This document shows, piece by piece, positions 39,445 to 48,643 of a stretch of 64,000 nucleotides of DNA. The stretch lies in NCBI GenBank assembly GCA_050174015.1, contig JBFXKG010000002.1:128001-192000 (forward strand), written 5' to 3'. The notes beneath the pieces were generated by a model that searched no databases, had not been told where the DNA came from, and was given only the letters and a program-made list of their open reading frames with translations. The position numbers and the translations under genes are program-made. Each line of letters begins with the position of its first letter. Within the stretch, counting starts at the first letter, position 1. This stretch comes from Candidatus Krumholzibacteriia bacterium (lineage in GTDB: Bacteria > Krumholzibacteriota > Krumholzibacteriia > LZORAL124-64-63).

Positions 39445-40988
39445 CCATCGGCCGCGCCACGCCCCCCATCCGACCCCTCGGGAAGATCCTGATCGCCAAC
39501 CGCGGCGAGATCGCCGTCCGCGTGATCAGGGCCTGCCGCGAACTGGGGATCGCCACGGTGGCCGTCTGTTCGGACGTCGACGAGACCGCCCTGCACGTGG
39601 AGCTGGCCGACCAGCACGTCGTGCTGGGGCCGGCCGAACCCGGCGCCTCGTACCTGCGGGCGGACGCGATCATCGCCGCCGCCCGGCAGACCGGTGCGCA
39701 GGCCGTCCATCCCGGTTACGGGTTCCTGGCGGAGAACGCCGGATTCGCCGCGGCCGTGGCCCGGGCCGGGCTGGTCTTCATCGGACCCTCGGCCGCGGTG
39801 ATCGAGCGGATGGGGGAGAAGACGGCCGCCCGGGCCCTCATGGAGAAGGCCGGCGTGCCGGTGGTGCCCGGCGCCCTGCTGCCTGCGGCCGACGCGGAGG
39901 GGAACCTGCCCGCAGCGGGGGTGATGGCCGCAGCCGAGCGGGTCGGATTTCCCCTGCTGGTCAAGGCCGCCTTCGGGGGCGGCGGCAAGGGGATGCGCCT
40001 GGTGACGGAGCCGGGCCAGATGGTGGCCGCCTGCCAGGGCGCGGCCCGCGAGGCGGTCAAGGCCTTCGGCAACGGCGCCGTCTACCTGGAGCGGTACCTG
40101 GAACGGCCCAGGCACATCGAATTCCAGATCTTCGGGGATTCCCACGGCAACCAGATCCACCTCTTCGAGCGTGAGTGCAGCATCCAGCGGCGCCACCAGA
40201 AGATCATCGAGGAATGCCCCTCTCCGGTCATGACCCCCGAGCTGAGGGAGCGGATGGGCCGGGCCGCCGTCGCCGCGGCCGCCGCGGTGGACTACGAGGG
40301 GGCCGGCACCGTCGAGTTCCTGCTGGGAGCCGACGGGTCCTTCTACTTCCTGGAAATGAACACCAGGCTCCAGGTGGAGCACCCGGTGACCGAACTCGCC
40401 ACGGGGCTGGACCTGGTCAAGGCCCAGATCAGGGTGGCGGCAGGACATCCCTTGCCCTGGACGCAGGAGGAGGTGCGGTTGCAGGGGCACGCCCTCGAGT
40501 GCCGGATCTACGCCGAGGATCCCGCCCGCAACTTCATGCCCTCCCTCGGGGACATCCGACTGCTGCGGGAACCCGCGGGGCCCGGGGTCCGCATCGACAC
40601 CGGGGTGCGCCAGGGCGACCGGGTCACCATGCACTACGACCCGATGATCGCGAAGCTCAGCCTGCACGGACCCGACCGGCAGGCCGCCATCGAGCGGGCC
40701 AGGGAGGCCCTGCGGCAGTACGCGGTCCTGGGGGTGGAGACCAACGTCGAGTACCTGCTCGCCATCCTGGCCGACGAGGCGTTCGTCTCGGGGGACCTGC
40801 ACACCGGATTCCTCGCCGAACGCCTGCCCGACTGGCAGCCGTCCGCCCTGGACGGCGATCTGGCCCTGGCCGTGGCGGCCGTGGCGGAACATACACGCAG
40901 CGGGGCCGATCACGGCCGCGGCTGCGGGCCGGGGGATCCCGGCCCCTGGGCCGCCCTGGGCGGCTTCAGGATCCGGGGACTGGAATGA
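39441..40988 (+). CDS. Biotin carboxylase subunit of acyl-CoA carboxylase
   Basis: ANRGEIA, HPGYGFLAEN, GGGGKGMR, ERECSIQRRHQK, EMNTRLQVEH. Confidence 0.93.
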   Translation: MTIGRATPPIRPLGKILIANRGEIAVRVIRACRELGIATVAVCSDVDETALHVELADQHVVLGPAEPGASYLRADAIIAAARQTGAQAVHPGYGFLAENAGFAAAVARAGLVFIGPSAAVIERMGEKTAARALMEKAGVPVVPGALLPAADAEGNLPAAGVMAAAERVGFPLLVKAAFGGGGKGMRLVTEPGQMVAACQGAAREAVKAFGNGAVYLERYLERPRHIEFQIFGDSHGNQIHLFERECSIQRRHQKIIEECPSPVMTPELRERMGRAAVAAAAAVDYEGAGTVEFLLGADGSFYFLEMNTRLQVEHPVTELATGLDLVKAQIRVAAGHPLPWTQEEVRLQGHALECRIYAEDPARNFMPSLGDIRLLREPAGPGVRIDTGVRQGDRVTMHYDPMIAKLSLHGPDRQAAIERAREALRQYAVLGVETNVEYLLAILADEAFVSGDLHTGFLAERLPDWQPSALDGDLALAVAAVAEHTRSGADHGRGCGPGDPGPWAALGGFRIRGLE

Positions 40989-41031
40989 CCGCCGGTGCGG
41001 GCCCGGTCGCCGGGCGGGAGGGGAGAAGACC

Positions 41032-41529
41032 GTGAAGGTGTTCCGCAGGAACGAACAGGACGTCCAGGTCACCGTCCGGCCCCGGGACGGGGGCTGGATC
41101 GTGAGCCTGGATGGCGAGGAACTGCCGTGGCCGGTCCGGCGGGACAGCCAGGGCGCGTGGTTCGTGGATACCCCCGAGGGGCGCCGCCGGTTCTGGGCCC
41201 ATGCCCGACAGGACGGCTGCCTCGTGTTCGGCGACGGGCGGTCCCACCGGTTCGAACTGCCGGACCCCGGGCACGAACATGAGGAGGGAGATGCCGGGGC
41301 GGGGCCCCGCCTGGTGGTGGACATGCCGGGCAAGGTGGTCAAGGTGCTGGTGGCCGCGGGGGATGACGTCGCGGTGGGCCAACCCCTGGTGATCATGGAA
41401 TCCATGAAGATGGAGACGGAGCTTGCCGCCGCCGTCGCCGGCACCGTCAGGGCGGTCCACGCCGCGGCGGGCCAGGTCGTGGGCCAGGGCGACCTCCTGC
41501 TGGAGATCGAGCCCCGGGAGGAGGAATGA
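41032..41529 (+). CDS. Biotin carboxyl carrier protein
   Basis: MPGKVVKV, ESMKME biotinylation motif; GTG start. Confidence 0.9.
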   Translation: MKVFRRNEQDVQVTVRPRDGGWIVSLDGEELPWPVRRDSQGAWFVDTPEGRRRFWAHARQDGCLVFGDGRSHRFELPDPGHEHEEGDAGAGPRLVVDMPGKVVKVLVAAGDDVAVGQPLVIMESMKMETELAAAVAGTVRAVHAAAGQVVGQGDLLLEIEPREEE

Positions 41530-42374
41530 AGCCCTCCCTGGCCAATCTGGTGGCCGGGACCAGGGAGCTGCAATCCCTGCCCTCGACCACGGTGCGCCTG
41601 CTCGAGTTCCTGGACGATGCCGCCGTGGGCGCCGACCGGATCCTGGACGTCATCGAAACCGATCCCGCCCTGACCACCAACCTCCTCAAGCTCTGCAACA
41701 GCGCCTACTACGGCCTGCGCCGCCAGGTGGGGACCGTACGGGAAGCCCTCGTCATGCTGGGCAACCGGACCGTGGTCAACCTCGCCTTCGCGGCCAGCAT
41801 GGGGGACATCCTCTCGGGGCCGCTGACGGCCTACCAGCTGGATCGGGGCGACCTGTGGCGCCATGCCCTTTGTACGGCCCTGGGATCGGCCCAGGTGGCC
41901 GACGATCTGGCTCTCGGGATCCCGGAGGGGCGGGCCTTCACCGCAGGTCTGGTGCACGACATCGGGAAGCTGCTCCTGGACCGCCCCCTGCGTCAGGCCC
42001 TGGCCGAACCCCTGGCGGGGTGCGGTTTCGAGGAGATGACCGTCAGGGAGCGGGCGGTCCTGGGGTTCGACCATGCCGAGGCCGGCGCCGCCCTGGCGGA
42101 GGCCTGGAACTTCCCCCCTTTCCTGGTGGACGTCATCCGCGGCCATCACGTCCTCGGGTCCCCGGCGAGGGAGGGCGTGGATCTCGCGACGGTGGTCGCG
42201 GTCGCCAACCTGGTTTCCTGCCGAGTCGGGTACGCCGGGGGCACCTCCCTGCTTTCGGAGGAGGAGTTCCTGGCCCAGCTCGCCGCCGGGGGCTGGAATC
42301 CCGACTCCCTGCAGGACGTGGTGGGCGCCATCAGGGAAAGGACCGAGCAGATGCTCCTCATCCTGGGGGTGTGA
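41526..42374 (+). CDS. HDOD domain protein
   Basis: DPALTTNLLKLCNSAYY, LWRHA, GLVHDIGK, GFDHAE, WNFP. Confidence 0.9.
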   Translation: MKPSLANLVAGTRELQSLPSTTVRLLEFLDDAAVGADRILDVIETDPALTTNLLKLCNSAYYGLRRQVGTVREALVMLGNRTVVNLAFAASMGDILSGPLTAYQLDRGDLWRHALCTALGSAQVADDLALGIPEGRAFTAGLVHDIGKLLLDRPLRQALAEPLAGCGFEEMTVRERAVLGFDHAEAGAALAEAWNFPPFLVDVIRGHHVLGSPAREGVDLATVVAVANLVSCRVGYAGGTSLLSEEEFLAQLAAGGWNPDSLQDVVGAIRERTEQMLLILGV

Positions 42375-42686
42375 GGGGACGTCCTGCCGGGTCGTCCGCC
42401 CACCCAACGGCCGCGATTTTCAATCATATACAGCGACCAAGGAATGATGTTCAAAATCCTCCCCTCCTCCCGGAGGGTTGGGGCGTGAATTTTCCGGAAG
42501 GATTTCGAAAATAATTGGCAATCCCCGCGGACGGGTCCCGGGCGGGATTCGGCATGATTCGGGCGAATCCCCCGGCCCTCGGGATCAGGTGGGGATGCGG
42601 GGTCGAAATTTTGTTTTGAACCTGGTCTCGGGGCCGTCTTATTGTGCCTCCGTCCCACAAGGGGATGTGGTTGAATCCAGGGAAGA

Positions 42687-42702
42687 GCCCAACATATTGG
42701 GG
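42687..42702 (+). promoter_or_regulatory. NrdR box
   Basis: GCCCAACATATTGGGG fits the core of consensus acaCwAtATaTwGtgt, upstream of an RNR gene. Confidence 0.7.
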
Positions 42703-42909
42703 TTTGATCCTGACGTAATATCAAGTTCGACCGCGTTTTCCCAAAAATCCGCCGATGCGGACCGCCCGGGGCCCGAGCCCGAGTCGGAGGCCGGTGGCGG
42801 TATCGGATGGGCCGTAACTTTTCTTCCGGGGTCGCCATGGACCGGAAGACTGAATATTGCCGATACAGAAGCAACGTTCAGATGGATCTGAACCAAGGAG
42901 CCAGGAACC

Positions 42910-45861
42910 ATGACGGACAAGCTCAACAAGGAGAAAATGCAGGCCGCCGGGGACGGGGTGCTGTTCGGCGAGGCTGGAAGCCGCGCCGCGCGCCAAACGG
43001 AAACGGTCCCCGGATCGCCCGCCGCCGCCTCGCTGATCCATGAGGACCTGCTGGCCGAGGAAGTCGGCCAGACGCCCGGGAGCGCTCCCGGGGGACCCGA
43101 AGTCGACCCCGGCCGGCCCGCGTCCCGGACCAAGGGCAAGGGCATGGTCGTTCCCCGCTGGTACACCACCCCCGACGTCGATCCCTTCGACGCCATCGAG
43201 TGGGAACTGCGGACCGCGAGCATCACGAACGACAAGGGCGAGGTCATCTTCAAGCAGGACAACTGCGAGATCCCCAGCCGCTGGTCGCCCATGGCCACCA
43301 ACGTGGTCGTCTCCAAGTATTTCCGGGGGGGCATGGGGACCCCCGAGCGCGAGCATTCGGTGCGGCAGCTCATCAGCAGGGTGTCCGACACCATCAGCGA
43401 CTGGGGGGTGAAGGACGGCTACTTCGCCGGCAGCAAGGACGCCGAGGCCTTCCGGGCCGAACTGAAGCACATGCTGGTCAACCAGCTGGCATCCTTCAAT
43501 TCCCCGGTCTGGTTCAACGTCGGGGTCGAGAAGCGGCCCCAATGTTCGGCCTGCTTCATCAACAGCGTCCAGGACAGCATGGCCTCCATCCTGGACCTGG
43601 CCAAGACCGAGGGATTGCTCTTCAAGTACGGCAGCGGCACCGGTTCGAACCTCTCGAGCCTGCGGTCAAGCCGGGAGAGCCTGTCGGCCGGCGGCCAGGC
43701 CAGCGGTCCGGTCTCGTTCATGCGGGGGTTCGACGCCTTCGCCGGCGTCATCAAGAGCGGGGGCAAGACCCGCCGTGCGGCCAAGATGGTGATCCTGGAC
43801 ATCGATCACCCGGACGTCGCCGAATTCATCGACTGCAAGGTCAACGAGGAGCGCAAGGCCTGGGCGCTGATCGACGCCGGCTATGACGGGTCGTTCGGCG
43901 GCGAGGCCTACAATTCCATCTTTTTCCAGAACAGCAACAACTCGGTCCGCGTCAGCAACGAATTCATGCGGGCGGTGGAGGAGGACGGGACCTGGACGAC
44001 CCACGCGGTGGTCGACGGGCGTCCCATGGACACCTACAAGGCCCGGGACCTCATGCGGAAGATCGCCGAGGGCACCCACGTCTGCGGCGACCCGGGAATG
44101 CAGTTCGACACCACCATCAACGACTGGCACACCTGCAAGACCACCGATCGCATCCACGCCAGCAACCCCTGCAGCGAGTACATGTTCCTCGACGACTCCG
44201 CCTGCAACCTGGCCTCGCTGAACCTCATGAAGTTCCTCACCCCCGAGGGCGAGTTCGATACCGCCTCCTTCCGGCACGCCGTCCGGGTGTTGACCCTGGC
44301 GATGGAGATCATCGTCGGCAACAGCAGCTACCCCCGGCCCCAGATCGAGGTGAACAGCCACCGGTTCCGCCCCCTGGGGCTGGGCTACGCCAACCTGGGC
44401 GCCCTGCTCATGCGCCGGGGCCTGCCCTACGACAGCAACACCGGCCGGGACTACGCCGCCGCCGTCACCGCGCTGCTCAGCGGGCAGGCCTACCTGACGA
44501 GCGCCGAGCTGGCCAGCCGGATGGGAGCCTTCGAGGGCTATGCCGAGAACCGCGAACCCATGCTCGAGGTGATCCGCAAGCACCGCGCCGCTCTGAACAC
44601 CATCAACGCCAACCGCGTCCCCGAGAACATGCTGGAGGAAGCCGAGGTCGCCTGGCGGGAGGCCTACGCCCTCGGTCACGACTACGGCTTCCGCAACGCG
44701 CAGGTCACGGTGCTCGCTCCCACCGGAACCATCGGCTTCATGATGGATTGCGACACCACCGGGGTCGAACCCGACATCGCCCTGGTCAAGTACAAGAAGA
44801 CGGTCGACGGCGGCCTGATGAAGATCGTCAACAACACGGTTCCCGACGCCCTCGAGCGCCTCGGCTACGACGAGGACGAAGTCGCCGACATCATCGACTT
44901 CATCGCCCGGGAGGAGACCATCGAGGGGGCTCCCCATCTCAGGGAGGACCACCTGCCGGTCTTCGACTGCGCCTTCCGGCCCGCCAACGGCGACCGGTCC
45001 ATCCACTACATGGGACACCTGCGCATGATGGCGGCCGTCCAGCCCTTCCTGTCCGGGGCCATCAGCAAGACCGTCAACCTGCCCACCGAGGCCACGGTCG
45101 AGGAGATCACCCGGACCTACATGGAAGCCTGGAAGATGGGGCTGAAGGCCGTGGCCATCTACCGGGACGGCAGCAAGCGTCTGCAGCCGCTGAACACGGG
45201 CAGGAAGCACAAGGAGGAGGAGGAGGAGCAGGAGGAATCCCTGCTCGCCCCGCCCAAGCCCAAGCGGGTCCGCTTGCCCGACGAGCGCCAGGCCATCACC
45301 CACAAGTTCTCCATCGGAGGCCACGAGGGCTATCTGACGGTCGGCATGTACCCCAACGGCAAGCCGGGCGAGATGTTCATCTCCATGGCGAAGGAAGGGT
45401 CCGTGGTCAGCGGGCTGATGGACAGCTTCGCCACGAGCGTCTCCATCATGCTGCAGTACGGGGTCCCGCTCAAGGTGCTGGTCAACAAGTTCAGCCACGC
45501 CCGGTTCGAGCCCAGCGGGTTCACCCGGAACAAGGAGATCCCCATCGCCAAGTCCGTCATGGACTACATCTTCCGGTGGATGGACCTGAAATTCGGCGAC
45601 CATCTGGGCGACGCCGACGGCACCCTGCCCGACGGGGCGGAGGACGCCCACGACGTGAAGGCCGGCAAGAAGGAGGCAGCCGGCCTGAGGGCCATGGCCG
45701 CGAGCGCCGGCGGCGGGGCCAGCCGGATCACCATGGAGGAGAAGACGGTCTTCCAGCAGCAGTCCGACAGCCCGCCGTGCCCGGAGTGCGGGTCGGTGAC
45801 GATCCGCAACGGGGCCTGTTACAAGTGCCACAACTGCGGTGCGACGACAGGCTGTTCATGA
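42910..45861 (+). CDS. nrdJ: Class II (adenosylcobalamin-dependent) ribonucleotide reductase with TSCPD domain
   Basis: FNSPVWFN, QCSACFI, SNPCSEY, ACNLAS, APTGT, YRDGSK, C-terminal CPECG...CHNCG...GCS. Confidence 0.95.
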   Translation: MTDKLNKEKMQAAGDGVLFGEAGSRAARQTETVPGSPAAASLIHEDLLAEEVGQTPGSAPGGPEVDPGRPASRTKGKGMVVPRWYTTPDVDPFDAIEWELRTASITNDKGEVIFKQDNCEIPSRWSPMATNVVVSKYFRGGMGTPEREHSVRQLISRVSDTISDWGVKDGYFAGSKDAEAFRAELKHMLVNQLASFNSPVWFNVGVEKRPQCSACFINSVQDSMASILDLAKTEGLLFKYGSGTGSNLSSLRSSRESLSAGGQASGPVSFMRGFDAFAGVIKSGGKTRRAAKMVILDIDHPDVAEFIDCKVNEERKAWALIDAGYDGSFGGEAYNSIFFQNSNNSVRVSNEFMRAVEEDGTWTTHAVVDGRPMDTYKARDLMRKIAEGTHVCGDPGMQFDTTINDWHTCKTTDRIHASNPCSEYMFLDDSACNLASLNLMKFLTPEGEFDTASFRHAVRVLTLAMEIIVGNSSYPRPQIEVNSHRFRPLGLGYANLGALLMRRGLPYDSNTGRDYAAAVTALLSGQAYLTSAELASRMGAFEGYAENREPMLEVIRKHRAALNTINANRVPENMLEEAEVAWREAYALGHDYGFRNAQVTVLAPTGTIGFMMDCDTTGVEPDIALVKYKKTVDGGLMKIVNNTVPDALERLGYDEDEVADIIDFIAREETIEGAPHLREDHLPVFDCAFRPANGDRSIHYMGHLRMMAAVQPFLSGAISKTVNLPTEATVEEITRTYMEAWKMGLKAVAIYRDGSKRLQPLNTGRKHKEEEEEQEESLLAPPKPKRVRLPDERQAITHKFSIGGHEGYLTVGMYPNGKPGEMFISMAKEGSVVSGLMDSFATSVSIMLQYGVPLKVLVNKFSHARFEPSGFTRNKEIPIAKSVMDYIFRWMDLKFGDHLGDADGTLPDGAEDAHDVKAGKKEAAGLRAMAASAGGGASRITMEEKTVFQQQSDSPPCPECGSVTIRNGACYKCHNCGATTGCS

Positions 45862-45930
45862 TCCCTGCCCGGCCCTGAGTCGCCGCGGACCCGTTTCGAC
45901 GGATCGACCATGAGGCAAGGGATTGCCAAG

Positions 45931-45972
45931 GAAACCCGGAGGGGAAAGGATTCCCCCCGGGTTTCTCCTTTT
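45931..45972. terminator. Hairpin terminator between convergent nrdJ and peroxidase genes
   Basis: GAAACCCGG...CCGGGTTTC stem followed by pyrimidine/T tract. Confidence 0.6.
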
Positions 45973-46574
45973 CAGGGGGAGGGGGCTCCGTCGAGAGCCG
46001 CCAGGATCGCCTCGCGGAGGCCGGGATCGTCCGGGGCCGTCTTGGGTGCGAACCGGGCGATCACCTTGCCGTCCTTGCCCACGAGGAACTTGGTGAAGTT
46101 CCAGGTGGGATCCTCCAGACCGCCCGCGGTGAGATGCCGGTAGACGGGATCCTTCTGCTCGCCCTTGACCTTGACCTTCTCGAACATCGGAAAGCTGACC
46201 TGGAACCTGGTCGTGCAGAAGGAGCGGATCTCCTCGGCGGTCCCGGGCTCCTGGCCCATGAAGTCGTTGCTGGGAAAGCCCAGGATGACGAAGCCGCGGT
46301 CCTTCAGTTCGCGATAGAGCGCCTCCAGGCCTTCGTACTGGGGCGTCAGACCGCACTTGCTGGCGGTGTTGACCACCAGGGCGACCCGGCCCCGGTAGGC
46401 ATCCAGCGGGGCGGGCTCGCCTTCGAGGGTCCGGGTCTCCAGATCCCAGAGGATTCCTGCACCGGGGGCCGAGGGTTGCTGTGGGGCTCCGGCCATGACG
46501 CTCCGGAAGAAGAGGAGGCCACCGACGCCGACGACGGCGATCAGGGCCAGGGCGATCAGGATCAGCGGCTTCAA
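45972..46574 (-). CDS. Glutathione peroxidase family protein (Cys type) with N-terminal membrane anchor
   Basis: NTASKCGLTPQY, FPSNDF..QEPG, WNFTKF; hydrophobic N-terminus; TTG start. Confidence 0.9.
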   Translation of the reverse strand: MKPLILIALALIAVVGVGGLLFFRSVMAGAPQQPSAPGAGILWDLETRTLEGEPAPLDAYRGRVALVVNTASKCGLTPQYEGLEALYRELKDRGFVILGFPSNDFMGQEPGTAEEIRSFCTTRFQVSFPMFEKVKVKGEQKDPVYRHLTAGGLEDPTWNFTKFLVGKDGKVIARFAPKTAPDDPGLREAILAALDGAPSP

Positions 46575-46649
46575 GGGGTCCTCCCGGCTGGGGCTGGGGA
46601 TGATCAGGATAAACTAAGCCCGTTCCGCAGGTCCGCCACCGCTCCCGGG

Positions 46650-47792
46650 TCACTGCAGCCAGTGGCCGAGGGCGACGCCTATGAACGTGGCCACGGCGTA
46701 GCCCAGGGTGCCGCAGAGGATGGCCGGCAGCACCAGGGCGTCCCAGCGGCGGGCCACCGCCATGGCCGCCGCGGTGGTCGGGCCGCCCATGTTGGCGTTG
46801 GAGGCGATGACGATCTCGGCCAGGTCCAGCCTCAGCAGACGCCCCGCAGCCAGCAGGAAGAGCAGGTGGATGGTGAGGATCAGGGCGGCGAAGACGAACA
46901 GGGACGTTCCGACCGAGAGGACCACCCCGACGTTGGCGCTCGCCCCGATCACCGCGAAGAACACCTGCATCAGGAAGGCCCCGATGACGTGCGCCCCATC
47001 GAGCCGGGCGAGGTGACGGGGCAGGGCGGTGGCCAGGGCCACCGTCAGGGCGGTGACGACGAGGATGCCCCCTCCGTCCCATCCCCCCAGGGCGGCCAGC
47101 CCGAATCCCGCCCAGCACAAGCCGGCGGCCAGGGCGAGGGCCAGGGCGCTGCGGCCGATCTCGGGGAAGGCGGTCCCGTCGGGCAGGTCCCCCGGCTGTC
47201 CGGCAGCCATCGACCGGTGATCGCGACGTTCGAAGTGGCGGCGCAGGAAGGCCGATCCGGGCAGGGCGAACAGCACCAGGAAGTAGAGGGCCATGACCAG
47301 GTTGTCGGCGGCGACGCCCGCGGTCAGCAGGTCGCCGGAGCGCAGGCCCACCGCCTCGGCGGCGGCGGCGTAGTTCATCGAACCGCCGATGTAGGTGGCC
47401 GCGAAGACGCTGGCCAGCTTCCAGCCCTCCTCGCCCAGAGGAACGATCCTGAACGCGACCACGGTTCCGATGATGGTTCCCCCGGCGCCCAGGACGTAGG
47501 CGATGAGGGTGGGACCGGCCTCGCGCAGGATGCGCCTGAGGTCGGCCCGCAGCAGGAGCAGGGGGATGGCCAGGGGAACCAGGCGGCCCCAGACGGTGTC
47601 GTAGGCGGGAACGTCCGCCGCGGGGATGATCCCCAGGTTGGAAAGGGCGAAAGTGGTTCCCATGGTCAGGATGACTCCCGAGAGCCTGCGCCCCCAGCGG
47701 GTCCTTTCGCCCAGCAGGCCGAAGGCGGCGGCGCCCAGCAGGATCGTCCAGACGGCCCAGGTGTTGTCGGCGTGGATCAAGGGGTTGTCCAA
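46650..47792 (-). CDS. DUF819 family membrane protein
   Basis: About 11 TM; LSNLGIIP, TYIGGSMNY, ASNANMGGPTTA; TTG start after AGGAGG. Confidence 0.85.
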   Translation of the reverse strand: MDNPLIHADNTWAVWTILLGAAAFGLLGERTRWGRRLSGVILTMGTTFALSNLGIIPAADVPAYDTVWGRLVPLAIPLLLLRADLRRILREAGPTLIAYVLGAGGTIIGTVVAFRIVPLGEEGWKLASVFAATYIGGSMNYAAAAEAVGLRSGDLLTAGVAADNLVMALYFLVLFALPGSAFLRRHFERRDHRSMAAGQPGDLPDGTAFPEIGRSALALALAAGLCWAGFGLAALGGWDGGGILVVTALTVALATALPRHLARLDGAHVIGAFLMQVFFAVIGASANVGVVLSVGTSLFVFAALILTIHLLFLLAAGRLLRLDLAEIVIASNANMGGPTTAAAMAVARRWDALVLPAILCGTLGYAVATFIGVALGHWLQ

Positions 47793-47945
47793 GGCGTTCC
47801 TCCTCCTGGTGTTAGGGCACCATAGCAGACAGCCCCGGCCCTGGCCACGAAATCGCCGCTGGAAATCCGGCGGTCGATGGGGGATGATGGGGGGGCATTT
47901 CGATGGAGCGACGATCATTTCCCCCTGAGGGAAAGCGAGGGAGCC

Positions 47946-48491
47946 ATGATTCATTCCGCCTGCCGTCCGCGCCGGGTTCCGGCCGTCATCTCCGCCTGTC
48001 TCGTGCTGCTGATGTACGCGCCGGCCGCGGTCGCCCAGGCGGCCGGACCTCCGGACTGGAACCGCCAGGGCGACACTCTCGAGGGCGCCCTGGGATTGCA
48101 TTACGGCAAGCTCGGCGGTCACGGTCTGGCCTTCCGCCTGCCCCTGCGGTGGTACCTCTACGCCCAGGTGGCCGGCGGGGTGTGGCACACCGGCGACCAC
48201 AAGCAGCACAATCTGGGCTTCCAGTTCAACTATCTCCTGCGCCAGGATCAGCGCCTGCGCCTCTACCTGGCCGCCGGGGCGGCCTACTTCTACGACAAGG
48301 AACTCGAGGGCGGGGGCGGCGACCCGGAATACTGGCGACTCGAGGACGACTGGAACCTCGGCGGAGGCGTCGGGATCGAGTATCTCAAGGGAAACCGCTG
48401 GTCCATCCAGGCCGAGTTCGATTTCGTCCACGACGGGGCCAACGACGAGACCAAGCTGGTGCCCCAGGCGGGCCTGTACTTCTACTGGTGA
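47946..48491 (+). CDS. Small putative outer-membrane beta-barrel protein
   Basis: Signal peptide, GGGVGIEY strands, C-terminal GLYFYW. Confidence 0.65.
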   Translation: MIHSACRPRRVPAVISACLVLLMYAPAAVAQAAGPPDWNRQGDTLEGALGLHYGKLGGHGLAFRLPLRWYLYAQVAGGVWHTGDHKQHNLGFQFNYLLRQDQRLRLYLAAGAAYFYDKELEGGGGDPEYWRLEDDWNLGGGVGIEYLKGNRWSIQAEFDFVHDGANDETKLVPQAGLYFYW

Positions 48492-48643
48492 TCCCCCGGA
48501 CCGGCTGGACGATCCCCTCCCGGCGGAGCGCTGGGTCCCATGATCCGGACGGTCCCCGCGGTCCGGGGGGGGCTCCTCGACGAACCCGCCTTCCGTGCCT
48601 ACCTTGAACCGATTGCACGGCCATGGAGGAGGCGCCCCGCACC

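Noticed and set aside
40900..41100. Frameshift/pseudogene splitting the carboxylase alpha subunit
   Set aside because: Both parts look complete, the BCCP gene has its own purine-rich RBS, and split BC/BCCP arrangements are known
42655..42670. Second NrdR box (CCACAAGGGGATGTGG)
   Set aside because: Palindromic and 32 bp from the good box, but the core does not fit the consensus; not called
42375..42909. Cobalamin riboswitch upstream of nrdJ
   Set aside because: No recognisable GGGAA...GCCACTG/B12-box core; retained only as an unclassified structured leader
42910..45861. Intein or intron in NrdJ
   Set aside because: Catalytic motifs are contiguous; extra length is explained by a low-complexity N-terminal extension and the TSCPD/zinc-ribbon C-terminus
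45972..46574. Selenocysteine in the peroxidase
   Set aside because: Active-site codon is Cys (TGC), no in-frame TGA
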